Source: an uncultured Candidatus Saccharibacteria bacterium (GTDB taxonomy: Bacteria > Patescibacteriota > SOKK01). From it: DNA of 64,000 bases. Each line of letters opens with the position of its first letter. Positions within the stretch are counted from its first letter, which is position 1. The stretch spans positions 30,787-94,786 of the forward strand of contig CAZFJP010000010.1 of NCBI GenBank assembly GCA_964518965.1. Direction: 5' to 3'. Of this stretch, positions 45,482-54,064 are shown piece by piece. A program made the translations under genes and the position numbers. A model generated the notes under the pieces. The model was not told the origin of the DNA, did not search any database, and was given only the letters and a program-made list of their open reading frames with translations.

Positions 45482-47072
45482 GCGAAATAAAATAAACTTT
45501 AAAAATCTTTTGGTTGAAACGATTTTGTCCCTGATCGATTAAAAAATATCGTTTCAGCAACCTTGATTCATTTGCTACTTTGAAGAAATCTCTTGTGAAC
45601 AGTAAGTAAAATGTTGTTTTTTGTGATTTAAGTAATTCATCTAATGCTTTACTATCGCGGTCAAATAATGTATAGCTAGATTTCTGATAAGTAATAAACT
45701 CTAAACTTTGATTAGAATAATGGTCAAGAGCAACTTTGAGTGGTCGGGAAAACTGCTTGCGGTTAAGGTATTCTCCGACATCTCGCAAGTCGCCACGAAA
45801 CTCTGAGTAAACCTGTTCTTTTTCGGCATAAGTGATGAAATAGTGCTTATAGCTATCGTAACTAATAGAACTGGCAAAACCAATTCCAAGGATGATAATA
45901 ATTGCTTTCAGAACCATTTTTCTACTTTGTATTGCATGAAAGAAATATTTAAAGGGTAGCGCAACTAAAAGATAGATAAAAGGTATTGTTCCGATAGCAC
46001 GCAAGGCATGTGGTACTCCTTCGGCAGTAAGCATTGCTGGAATCATCATGACAAAGAAGCCGACAAGGATTAAAAAGTATTTAGTTTTTTTGAAATTAAT
46101 AATCGTGATTAGAAGTCCCCATAGCATTAGTAGGCCCACCCAAAAATTCAGCATCGGTGCTCCACTTAAATTATGGCGCCAGTTATTGTCACCAGCAAAA
46201 TTAAACATTCCAAGGGTCTTTACAACACTACTTAAAGTAGTTTTGATAAATCCTCCCTGCCAGAGTGCGGGATTAAAAATAGAAACGCTACTGGCCCGAC
46301 CAAAGAAATCAAACGGGTGAAAAATAGAGTAGATCAGGAAAGGAGTAGCAGTTAGAAGCATAGCAATAAGGAAGATAGCAACCCCCCTTTTTACGAATTT
46401 TATCTTGAAAACAGCACTTTTTTGAATAAAATATTTATACGCCAGTACTAGGAGAATGATTAGTGGGACGAAACGAAAAGCGATATAAGTATAAGCGCCT
46501 AATCCAAGAGCAATACCTGAAAAGATCCAGAAAACAGTTTTCCCTGTTAGAGATGTCTGCCTTGCCGGTAGACAGGAGTCTACTTTTGATGTAGTACTTT
46601 GCCATGCTTTGATGAGAAAGTAAAGAAAAATGCAGATTAAGAATGGTACTAGAATAGCGCGAAATCCGTTGCGGGAGAAAGTAAGATGCCAAGTAGAGAT
46701 AGTAAAGAAAAATAGTCCCACTATTCCGAGTTTGCGTCCGAGTAATTCCTTAGCGAGAAAATAAAAAAAGATTAATGTCAATACTCCGATTAAAGCCGAT
46801 ACTAGTCGGATGGAAAAAATCGAGCTGCCAAGTAATTTAAATGACAGTGAAATTAAATAAATAAACAGTCCTTCTCTGCCACCATTGTTTTCAAAGAAAA
46901 CTTTTACGGCAGGATTTGCAATGATTTGGTTAGCATCATTGCCGTTCGCGGCTTCATCGGGATAAACCCCGAAGGGTAGCTGATTTAAATTAGTAAGTCT
47001 TAAAAAGGCCCCCAAGGTGATAATCAGAGTAACGACAATTACCTCAATAGCTAGTTTCAAACGTTTGTTCAT
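45459..47072 (-). CDS. GT-C fold membrane glycosyltransferase (GT39/ArnT/PMT-like), second copy
   Basis: FGVYPDEAANGNDANQI first-loop motif and at least 11 TMs. Confidence 0.65.
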   Translation of the reverse strand: MNKRLKLAIEVIVVTLIITLGAFLRLTNLNQLPFGVYPDEAANGNDANQIIANPAVKVFFENNGGREGLFIYLISLSFKLLGSSIFSIRLVSALIGVLTLIFFYFLAKELLGRKLGIVGLFFFTISTWHLTFSRNGFRAILVPFLICIFLYFLIKAWQSTTSKVDSCLPARQTSLTGKTVFWIFSGIALGLGAYTYIAFRFVPLIILLVLAYKYFIQKSAVFKIKFVKRGVAIFLIAMLLTATPFLIYSIFHPFDFFGRASSVSIFNPALWQGGFIKTTLSSVVKTLGMFNFAGDNNWRHNLSGAPMLNFWVGLLMLWGLLITIINFKKTKYFLILVGFFVMMIPAMLTAEGVPHALRAIGTIPFIYLLVALPFKYFFHAIQSRKMVLKAIIIILGIGFASSISYDSYKHYFITYAEKEQVYSEFRGDLRDVGEYLNRKQFSRPLKVALDHYSNQSLEFITYQKSSYTLFDRDSKALDELLKSQKTTFYLLFTRDFFKVANESRLLKRYFLIDQGQNRFNQKIFKVYFISHDQLKSR

Positions 47073-48670
47073 TGATTAACTTTAAAGATTCTAATCGTCG
47101 GGTTCTCAAAAACTTTGGTAAGTCCCAAAAGTGATTCTGGCGGATTAAATTTTTCGTCTGGGCCACTATAGATTAAATCAATCTTGTTTTTTGAAAGAAA
47201 ATCTAACATCTTCTTGCGGTCCATTTGTCCATCCATAAATTGATTGACCTTATCTATTTTACCATCAAAAAAGCTGATTGTCTCAGTCCAGTGGCCCAAA
47301 TAGACTTTCATTCCAGTCATCCAGACCAAGTAGCCGCCGCGAAAATCCTTAGACAAAACCAAAGGGTGTTTTCTGCCATAATTTTGTTTCAGCCAGTCAA
47401 AAGCTTGTTTCTCATAGCGATCAAGATAAATTTCTCTACTTTGAGTAGTTATTGCTCTTGCATAATCTTTCTCAATTGGAATAATCGATAAAGAACTTAA
47501 AACAATCACAAGCGCAACAATGATAATTTTCCAACGACGCTTTTTTATTTTGGAAATAATCCAGATTAACCCAAAACCCCCAAGAATTGTAATAGGAATT
47601 TCTGCGCCTTCAATTAATTTACGCTGAAAACCAAGGGGCAAAAGAATTGCGAAAAAGTTGACTATTGCCCAAAGGGATAAAATTTGATATTTAGTTTCTG
47701 TTTTGATTCTAAACTTTTGAATGATACCGATGACTGCTAAGAATCCACTGATTCCAAATCCGAGAAAGTAAATTGGTAGTGGCCCAACTGGACAATTGTT
47801 TGCTTCAGTCCATTGCTTAAAAACCTGCTGATATTTAAAAACATAGAAGTTATAGAGAAAAAGTGGTAGAGGAATAATTCCCATAGTACCAATTTTTAAA
47901 ATTTCTCCAAAAGGAATCTTTTTTAATTTAATCGTAAGGAGGAACAAGAAAATCACCAGCGTAATTCCAATTACAATGACATTGTAAGGATGCATCAGAA
48001 TTACTCCGAGGATACTTAATCCTCCCAGAATTGACCACTTAAGCCACTTTTTAACATTTAGTGCTTTGATAGTGCAGTAAAAAGCAAGAATCATCAATGC
48101 GACTGCACCGGTAAAATGCGGGAAGAGAATCAAGCTTAAGAAGTTATTCCCCTCTCCCAAATAAACGTCGGGAAGATTGAAACTGAGGCGCAGCAGTCGT
48201 GGGATCCAGCCAAATCCCAAAGGTAGTAGACTGAGAGTAATAACAAAGAAGCGCCAGCGAGAGCTGGGGAAAAATAATCCACTCAAAAGGTAAATGGCAA
48301 AAAAGAGGATAATGGCGCAAAATATTCGGGCAGTATGAAAAATTGCTACACCTGTTAGATTGAAAATACGCGCAAGATGACCGAGGAAGACATAAAAATT
48401 GTTGATAAAAGCACCTTGGTGTTCTTCCGAAGTAAAGCGATCCTCGTAAAGCCACTTCCCTTCTTTTCCCTGCTCTATTTTAGCAAAGTAAGAATTAGCA
48501 TCTGGAAATCCTCCATTTATGCCGATAAAAGTGTAGTTTTCAGAGGTTTTGAGATAAGCAAAGAGATGAGGGATATTAGTGAGGGTCAAAAAAATGCCTA
48601 GAAGAAGAGCTAGGAGAAGGATTTTGGAAAATAGCTTATGGAGTACTTGGTTTATTCTTGACATTATCAT
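47069..48670 (-). CDS. Large polytopic membrane protein, probable GT-C-type glycosyltransferase or accessory
   Basis: 533 aa with 12 or more TMs. Its position overlapping the GT39/GT2 genes suggests it is co-transcribed with them. Confidence 0.4.
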   Translation of the reverse strand: MIMSRINQVLHKLFSKILLLALLLGIFLTLTNIPHLFAYLKTSENYTFIGINGGFPDANSYFAKIEQGKEGKWLYEDRFTSEEHQGAFINNFYVFLGHLARIFNLTGVAIFHTARIFCAIILFFAIYLLSGLFFPSSRWRFFVITLSLLPLGFGWIPRLLRLSFNLPDVYLGEGNNFLSLILFPHFTGAVALMILAFYCTIKALNVKKWLKWSILGGLSILGVILMHPYNVIVIGITLVIFLFLLTIKLKKIPFGEILKIGTMGIIPLPLFLYNFYVFKYQQVFKQWTEANNCPVGPLPIYFLGFGISGFLAVIGIIQKFRIKTETKYQILSLWAIVNFFAILLPLGFQRKLIEGAEIPITILGGFGLIWIISKIKKRRWKIIIVALVIVLSSLSIIPIEKDYARAITTQSREIYLDRYEKQAFDWLKQNYGRKHPLVLSKDFRGGYLVWMTGMKVYLGHWTETISFFDGKIDKVNQFMDGQMDRKKMLDFLSKNKIDLIYSGPDEKFNPPESLLGLTKVFENPTIRIFKVNQ

Positions 48671-48741
48671 CCCTGAAATATGCTACACTCACAAAGTTGC
48701 TCTTTAAAAAAATAAAATACCGCTAAACCAGAGGAGGCAGT

Positions 48742-49035
48742 ATGGCAACTCTAGAGTTTTGGCAGCTTTTTATCCGGCTAGCCTTCAATATCGCGAGGGA
48801 TTCGGATCCCCAGCGACGGCGGGAGTTGGCCTCGACTACTTTGGAGGGCTGCCAGCCCTTCTTAGCCGAGGTTCTCTGGAAGGAGAAACTGCCGCCGGGA
48901 ATTACGAGAAGGCAGATCGTGAGGGCTTACAATCTCCTCGCGGTCACCGCCGGCGATAACAGTCGCCTACTTCCCCCCTGTTCAATACGGCGGCTCTGCC
49001 CTGTACTGTCTAGTACAGGGCTTTTTATTGACTAA
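48742..49035 (+). CDS. Hypothetical small protein in GC-rich island 2 (GC about 58%)
   Basis: ATG is preceded by AGAGGAGG. The open frame runs through the terminator hairpin, so the exact C-terminus is uncertain. Confidence 0.4.
   Translation: MATLEFWQLFIRLAFNIARDSDPQRRRELASTTLEGCQPFLAEVLWKEKLPPGITRRQIVRAYNLLAVTAGDNSRLLPPCSIRRLCPVLSSTGLFID
48999..49029 (+). terminator. Strong Rho-independent terminator (9-bp stem ccctgtact/agtacaggg, loop gtct, T5)
   Basis: ccctgtactgtctagtacagggctttttatt. Confidence 0.65.
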
Positions 49036-49118
49036 ACCAGTTTTTTCTGCTAAGATGGTTTTTCTGAGGGGAGTGTTCTTTTAAAAACCTAAAAACCCAA
49101 AACAAAGAGGAGGTAATA

Positions 49119-49538
49119 GTGATGTGTGGCTGGAAGCTTGCATATGATATTCGTTTCTTTAAGGACATCTATCAAGCGGTTGAAGCGGTTTGTAACTATC
49201 TATCCCAATGGGAGTTTTGCTGGGACTGTGTCAGCCACTTCTGGCGGTATAGATTGGACCCAGCTGCTGGACCGTTTGTTCTCCTGGGGATAGTTGTCAC
49301 TTTCATTGTTGTTATTTTTGTTTGTCTCCGCCTGGAGTTGGAACAGCGAGAAAAGAAAAAGCCAAAAGTTTCCAAGTCTGCTGCAAAGTCTCGCTATCGT
49401 CCTAAACACCTCAAAAAAAAGAAACGTGGCAAGCATCTCTCTGGGAGTCTCCTAATAGAGCCTAAGAAAATTTCCGAGGAGGAGCTTGATATTGGAGATA
49501 TCAGTGAGCGCATCCGTAAACTTTGTCATCGCCCCTGA
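49119..49538 (+). CDS. Hypothetical small membrane protein with Cys/Trp-rich N-terminus and Lys-rich tail (GC about 48%)
   Basis: AGAGGAGG RBS. CGW...C..YLSQWEFCWDC..HFW N-terminal 45 aa, then TM PFVLLGIVVTFIVVIFVCL, then KKKPKVSKSAAKSRYRPKHLKKKKRGK. Confidence 0.4.
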   Translation: MMCGWKLAYDIRFFKDIYQAVEAVCNYLSQWEFCWDCVSHFWRYRLDPAAGPFVLLGIVVTFIVVIFVCLRLELEQREKKKPKVSKSAAKSRYRPKHLKKKKRGKHLSGSLLIEPKKISEEELDIGDISERIRKLCHRP

Positions 49539-49817
49539 CGATCAACTCAATTTAGCTTGATCAAAAGGGGCTTTTTTATTTCAAAGTACTTTTTTGTTAA
49601 GACATAATTTATTCCAGACATTCCTTAAAAATTTGTAGAGCAACCACCCTAACTAACTGAGATGGACCTGTTTCTGGTACTGGTAAACTAGCAAAACAGC
49701 AAGAAGGTTAAACGTTGTTTTTCGAGTTACGAATAACTGTTTCTGAGCTAAAGAAACACAATCATTCCATCCAAGCGGTCTCAAAGAGACAGTTTTTTTG
49801 CCTTCTTTATGACAAGA

Positions 49818-52367
49818 TTATTCTTTTAAATTAATATGCGATCCGTTTTCATCTTTTGTCACCTCAATATGTGTGGGAAACTCTTCTTTTACTTCTTGTA
49901 AATGGGAAATTACTAAGATTTTGTCAAAATCATTACGGATAGAATTAATTGCAGCGATTAAGTTTTCTCTACCTGATTTGTCTTGGGAACCAAAACCCTC
50001 ATCAATAACTAAAAATTGTAATTTTGCGTTTGCACGCTTGGATAATAATTTTGATAGTGCGATTCTAATTGCAAAATTGATACGGAATGCTTCCCCACCA
50101 CTGAATAACTCATATGGCCGCGATCCAAGTTTGTCAGTGATTTTAATCTCCAATGATTCTTTAATCCCACCTGTTTTCTTTTCTTTCTGTGTCTCTAATT
50201 CCACTTGCATTTCTCCGCCAGTCATGCGATCTAAAATTAAATTTGCCTCGTTTTCAATCTCGGGCAGAGTATTTTCAATAATCATTGCTTGGATTCCATT
50301 CTTGCCAAAAGCATGCTCTAGAACGGTGAGATTTTTGGTATTTTCTTCAATTTGTTTAACTGTTTTGAGATATTTTTGAATATATTGCCGTGCTTCATTG
50401 CACTGACTTAATTTTGCTTCAATGAAGGAAAGGTTTTGTTGTTCGGTCTGAATAAGTCGCTCAAACTTGATATTCTCCTGTTTAAGATCATCTACTAAGC
50501 TACTAATTTGACTTAAATCTTTAAGGTTAGTAGTTGCTTTTTTCTGCGCGGCTAATAAATCAGCTTCTTCTTTTTGCTGTTCCTTAATTCTTTTTTCAAG
50601 ATTTTCTCGTTCTTCTGTTTCGCGATCAAAGTTCTCTTGAGCATTATCTAGACGATGTTTTTGTTCTCCAAGTGGTTTTAGTTTTTCCAGTTCTGTCTGA
50701 ATTATTTTATGTCGTTCTGGATCATAATTTAATTTTTGGATTTCTTCTTCAGTCTTACTTAAAATTTCTTGATCCAGTGGTGAAAAAGTCTTTTGGCCAA
50801 TTTTCTCTATAATTGTTTGCAGCTTATGTTTTAAATCTTTGAGAGTAGTTTCCTTTTCTTTAATTTGTCTCAACCGTGATTCCAGTTCACCTAATTTTTG
50901 TTCAATCACAACTTCAGCTAAAAGGAAACGGTCTAGCTCGTTAATTCTAATCTCAAGAGTAGCAATTTTTTCTTTCTTGGTTTTAATTACCTTTTGATTA
51001 GCAAGCCATTTACTTCTTTCTTCTTCCAGTTCAGCCTCAATTTTTCTACTAATTTTCTTGCGATGTTGATCGGTTAATTTTTGCTGGCACAAGGGGCAAC
51101 TTGCTTCTGCCGCTCTGATTAAAGATAACTTTTCTTTATTTTCCTCACCACGTTGTCTCAAATGCTCGTTCCTTGTTTTGAGAGTAACGATTTGTTCCTT
51201 CAGTTCATAGACCTGTTTTTCTAGTTGTAATTTCTCTTCTTTTTGCTTGACGATTTTTTTTAACTCCAATTTCGTTTTTTCTCGTTTAGCTTCCAGTTGT
51301 GATCTTTCTCCTTGTTCTTTCTCGATTTGGTTAATTTGGGTTTCTAGTTGTGCCTGCTCTACATCCAGTCGGCGTTTCTCGGTATTGAGACGTTCTTCAA
51401 TCTCACTACGTTTATTTTCTAATTGTCTCTGCTTTTCCAGTTTTTGAGTAAGTAACTGGTTTTCTTTTTCAACTTTTTTCCATTGTTTAAAGTTCGCTTC
51501 AATCGTCTCTTTTTCTTTAATGATAGTTTGATAGCGCGAGAGATTCTCCTGAATTTTTACTAAGCGGTTCTGGTTTTGATTGATTTCTTCTTTGAGTTTT
51601 TCTAGACGATTTCTTTTCTCTTTTAGCAATTCAAAATCAGCTAAAAGCTTGGATTGTTTTTGTTGAAATTTTTCCAAGTCAGAAGTAATTCGTTCCTTAT
51701 CTGATTTTAGTTTCGCTACTTTGTTTTTTAGCTCCGCTTCCTGTTTTTTGAGATTTTCCTCAGCGTCTAGTTCTCTTTCTTTCTCTTTGAGAATAGTTTT
51801 AAGTGATTCAATTTCAATTTTATTTTGGCGTAACTTGGCTCGAATCTTTTCTACTAACCTATCATAGTAGTCTAATCCTAAAATTTCACCCAAAATCTTT
51901 TTACGTTCCACCGGACTTTTAATAGTAAACTCATCCGCTCGGTCCTGTCTTAAAAATGCCGAGTTAATGAAAACGGAATACGGCATTTTTAAAATATCAC
52001 TTGTAAGTTTGTTTTGAGTTTCTTTGGAACTATTCTCGGTGATGTCATAAAACTCTCCTTTTTCAAAATGTTCCAGGTGAAGAACGGTTTTTTTAAAATC
52101 TTTTTTGCGGAAGACCCGGTAGTTTTCATCATTAACTGAAAACTCTAATTCTACTTCCATTTCTTTTGCACCAGAGTGAATCAAATCTGCTTCATCCTTC
52201 GCACGTGCCTCTCCCCACAAAGCCCAGGTAATTGCTTCAAGTAGTGATGACTTCCCTGCTCCATTGGGTCCGGTTAAGGAGGCAATTTGAAATTTATTAA
52301 AGTCTAGCGACTCTTCCTGTTCGCCGTAAGGCATGAAATTCTTGATTTTAAGTGTTTTGGGTAGCAT
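49818..52367 (-). CDS. sbcC: Exonuclease SbcC (Rad50-like ATPase)
   Basis: Walker A GPNGAGKSS, long coiled coil with zinc hook CPLCQQ, C-terminal signature/Walker B (LLVIDEGFGSQD). Confidence 0.85.
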   Translation of the reverse strand: MLPKTLKIKNFMPYGEQEESLDFNKFQIASLTGPNGAGKSSLLEAITWALWGEARAKDEADLIHSGAKEMEVELEFSVNDENYRVFRKKDFKKTVLHLEHFEKGEFYDITENSSKETQNKLTSDILKMPYSVFINSAFLRQDRADEFTIKSPVERKKILGEILGLDYYDRLVEKIRAKLRQNKIEIESLKTILKEKERELDAEENLKKQEAELKNKVAKLKSDKERITSDLEKFQQKQSKLLADFELLKEKRNRLEKLKEEINQNQNRLVKIQENLSRYQTIIKEKETIEANFKQWKKVEKENQLLTQKLEKQRQLENKRSEIEERLNTEKRRLDVEQAQLETQINQIEKEQGERSQLEAKREKTKLELKKIVKQKEEKLQLEKQVYELKEQIVTLKTRNEHLRQRGEENKEKLSLIRAAEASCPLCQQKLTDQHRKKISRKIEAELEEERSKWLANQKVIKTKKEKIATLEIRINELDRFLLAEVVIEQKLGELESRLRQIKEKETTLKDLKHKLQTIIEKIGQKTFSPLDQEILSKTEEEIQKLNYDPERHKIIQTELEKLKPLGEQKHRLDNAQENFDRETEERENLEKRIKEQQKEEADLLAAQKKATTNLKDLSQISSLVDDLKQENIKFERLIQTEQQNLSFIEAKLSQCNEARQYIQKYLKTVKQIEENTKNLTVLEHAFGKNGIQAMIIENTLPEIENEANLILDRMTGGEMQVELETQKEKKTGGIKESLEIKITDKLGSRPYELFSGGEAFRINFAIRIALSKLLSKRANAKLQFLVIDEGFGSQDKSGRENLIAAINSIRNDFDKILVISHLQEVKEEFPTHIEVTKDENGSHINLKE

Positions 52368-52492
52368 GGGTGAGGTGTCATTGCAAGAATTCCGATGAAT
52401 ATTGGGAGCCGAAGTAATCCTGTCAGGTTAATGATAATCGTTACAGGGTTGCTTTACTTCTCTTTGTTACGTTTAGGTCCTTGCAATGATAT

Positions 52493-53722
52493 TTACTCTT
52501 CTAGCTCCTTCATAATTACCTGTGCTTCTTTTTTGAGAATGTCTATTTTATTTTGTGGCATTTTAGTTAATTTGAGATACTTCTCTAAGGTGTCTAAGGG
52601 TAACATTTCAACCGTGAGATCGGAACGAGTTTTTGTTTGATCAGTAAAGATTCGTTTTAATTGATAATGCGCAGTATCTTTCAGGATGTCGCTAAGACGA
52701 TGATGATCGATTTGATTTAAATTGCTTTTACTTCCTTTGATGATTACTCTCACAATTGCACCATTAAGTTTTATTTTTTCATCGCTAATTCTATCTAGGA
52801 CTAACGTTGGGTCTTTAAAGGTATCTAAACTATATTCAATTTCTACGAATCTCCGTTGTGCTGTTTTATAGAACTCTGCGACAGTTTGGGAATGGACCTT
52901 CTTGTCTTTCTTTTGGGGAAGGTTGATCAAAACAAAACCTTTTTCTTCGTCTTTTTCGCCAAAATCAACTCGTTCTAAACTTCCAGAATAAATTGTTAGT
53001 GGGTTTTCGGAAAGTTTCTGGAATCGGTGCATATGACCTAATCCAACATAGTCAAAATGATTGTTAAGTACTACTTCTTTCTTTAAGAAGACATTTAGCT
53101 CCATTTCTAATTCTTGCTCGGAGCCAAAGTTATGACCAAGAGGCAAATGAGCTAGTAGAATGCTGGGGATCTTAGGATTTAATTTCTTGGCAAAATTATC
53201 AATTTTTGCTTTAATTTGTTCTTCTAGAAGCGCTTGAATCTTATCGGGTTTGTTTTTAGGATCTGCCTTCAATGCTAGGAAGAGGTTTGAAAAATAGTCC
53301 CAAGGAATTCCTACAACTTGTACAATACCTTTACGTGTCTTAACTTTGACAGTTTCGGCACTGTCAATTACTGTGATGTCGGGAATATTTAGAACTTTAT
53401 AAATCTCTAGGGTATTAGCGCGATTCTTCACTCGTGGCAAGTCGTGATTGCCGACGAGTAGAACGACGGGAATTTTATTTTGCACTATTTTACTGATGCG
53501 TTTGGCAAATTCCCGTTGGAGTGTTTGATTAGGATTGCGATCGCGGAAAGCGTCACCGGCAAAGATTACTAAGTCAACTTTTTCACTAATTCCTTTTTCT
53601 ACGAGTAAATCAAAAGCCGCGAGGAAATCCTCCACGCGCGTGTTTAAACCAGTTTTCGGATTTAATTTGCCGTAGTTTTCAATGCCTAAATGCAAATCGG
53701 CAAAGTGCATTGCCTTTAGCAC
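52493..53722 (-). CDS. sbcD: Exonuclease SbcD (Mre11-like phosphoesterase)
   Basis: ADLHLG, GDAFRD, LLVGNHD, GHMH motifs. Confidence 0.85.
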   Translation of the reverse strand: MLKAMHFADLHLGIENYGKLNPKTGLNTRVEDFLAAFDLLVEKGISEKVDLVIFAGDAFRDRNPNQTLQREFAKRISKIVQNKIPVVLLVGNHDLPRVKNRANTLEIYKVLNIPDITVIDSAETVKVKTRKGIVQVVGIPWDYFSNLFLALKADPKNKPDKIQALLEEQIKAKIDNFAKKLNPKIPSILLAHLPLGHNFGSEQELEMELNVFLKKEVVLNNHFDYVGLGHMHRFQKLSENPLTIYSGSLERVDFGEKDEEKGFVLINLPQKKDKKVHSQTVAEFYKTAQRRFVEIEYSLDTFKDPTLVLDRISDEKIKLNGAIVRVIIKGSKSNLNQIDHHRLSDILKDTAHYQLKRIFTDQTKTRSDLTVEMLPLDTLEKYLKLTKMPQNKIDILKKEAQVIMKELEE

Positions 53723-53792
53723 TTGACTTTATATTATATTTGTAGTATATTATGAGTTCTTGCTAGAACCTTAACCTTTTATAGGAAAGAAG

Positions 53793-54032
53793 GTGGTTTC
53801 AGTGACTCTCAAAATCTCGCCAAAAGCAAAAGCACGTTCTGTTATTGGTATCATCACGATGATTATAGGGTTAATCGTTGTCATCGCGACAATTGCCTTT
53901 TTCGGTTTGAATTGTTTAGATAAAACGTGGGGGAAACTTCTTTTTACTTCCGGTCTTCTTCTCCTCGATGGAGGGTTTGTACTCATCGTGACCGATCTCG
54001 TTAACTTTATCTTTCCTCCACATCCTCGCTAA
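53793..54032 (+). CDS. Small two-TM membrane protein
   Basis: GTG start. TTGACT-17-TATATT promoter at about 53730-53758. Confidence 0.3.
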   Translation: MVSVTLKISPKAKARSVIGIITMIIGLIVVIATIAFFGLNCLDKTWGKLLFTSGLLLLDGGFVLIVTDLVNFIFPPHPR

Positions 54033-54064
54033 ATTCCGCTTGTCTTCGGACAAGTGGGATTTTT

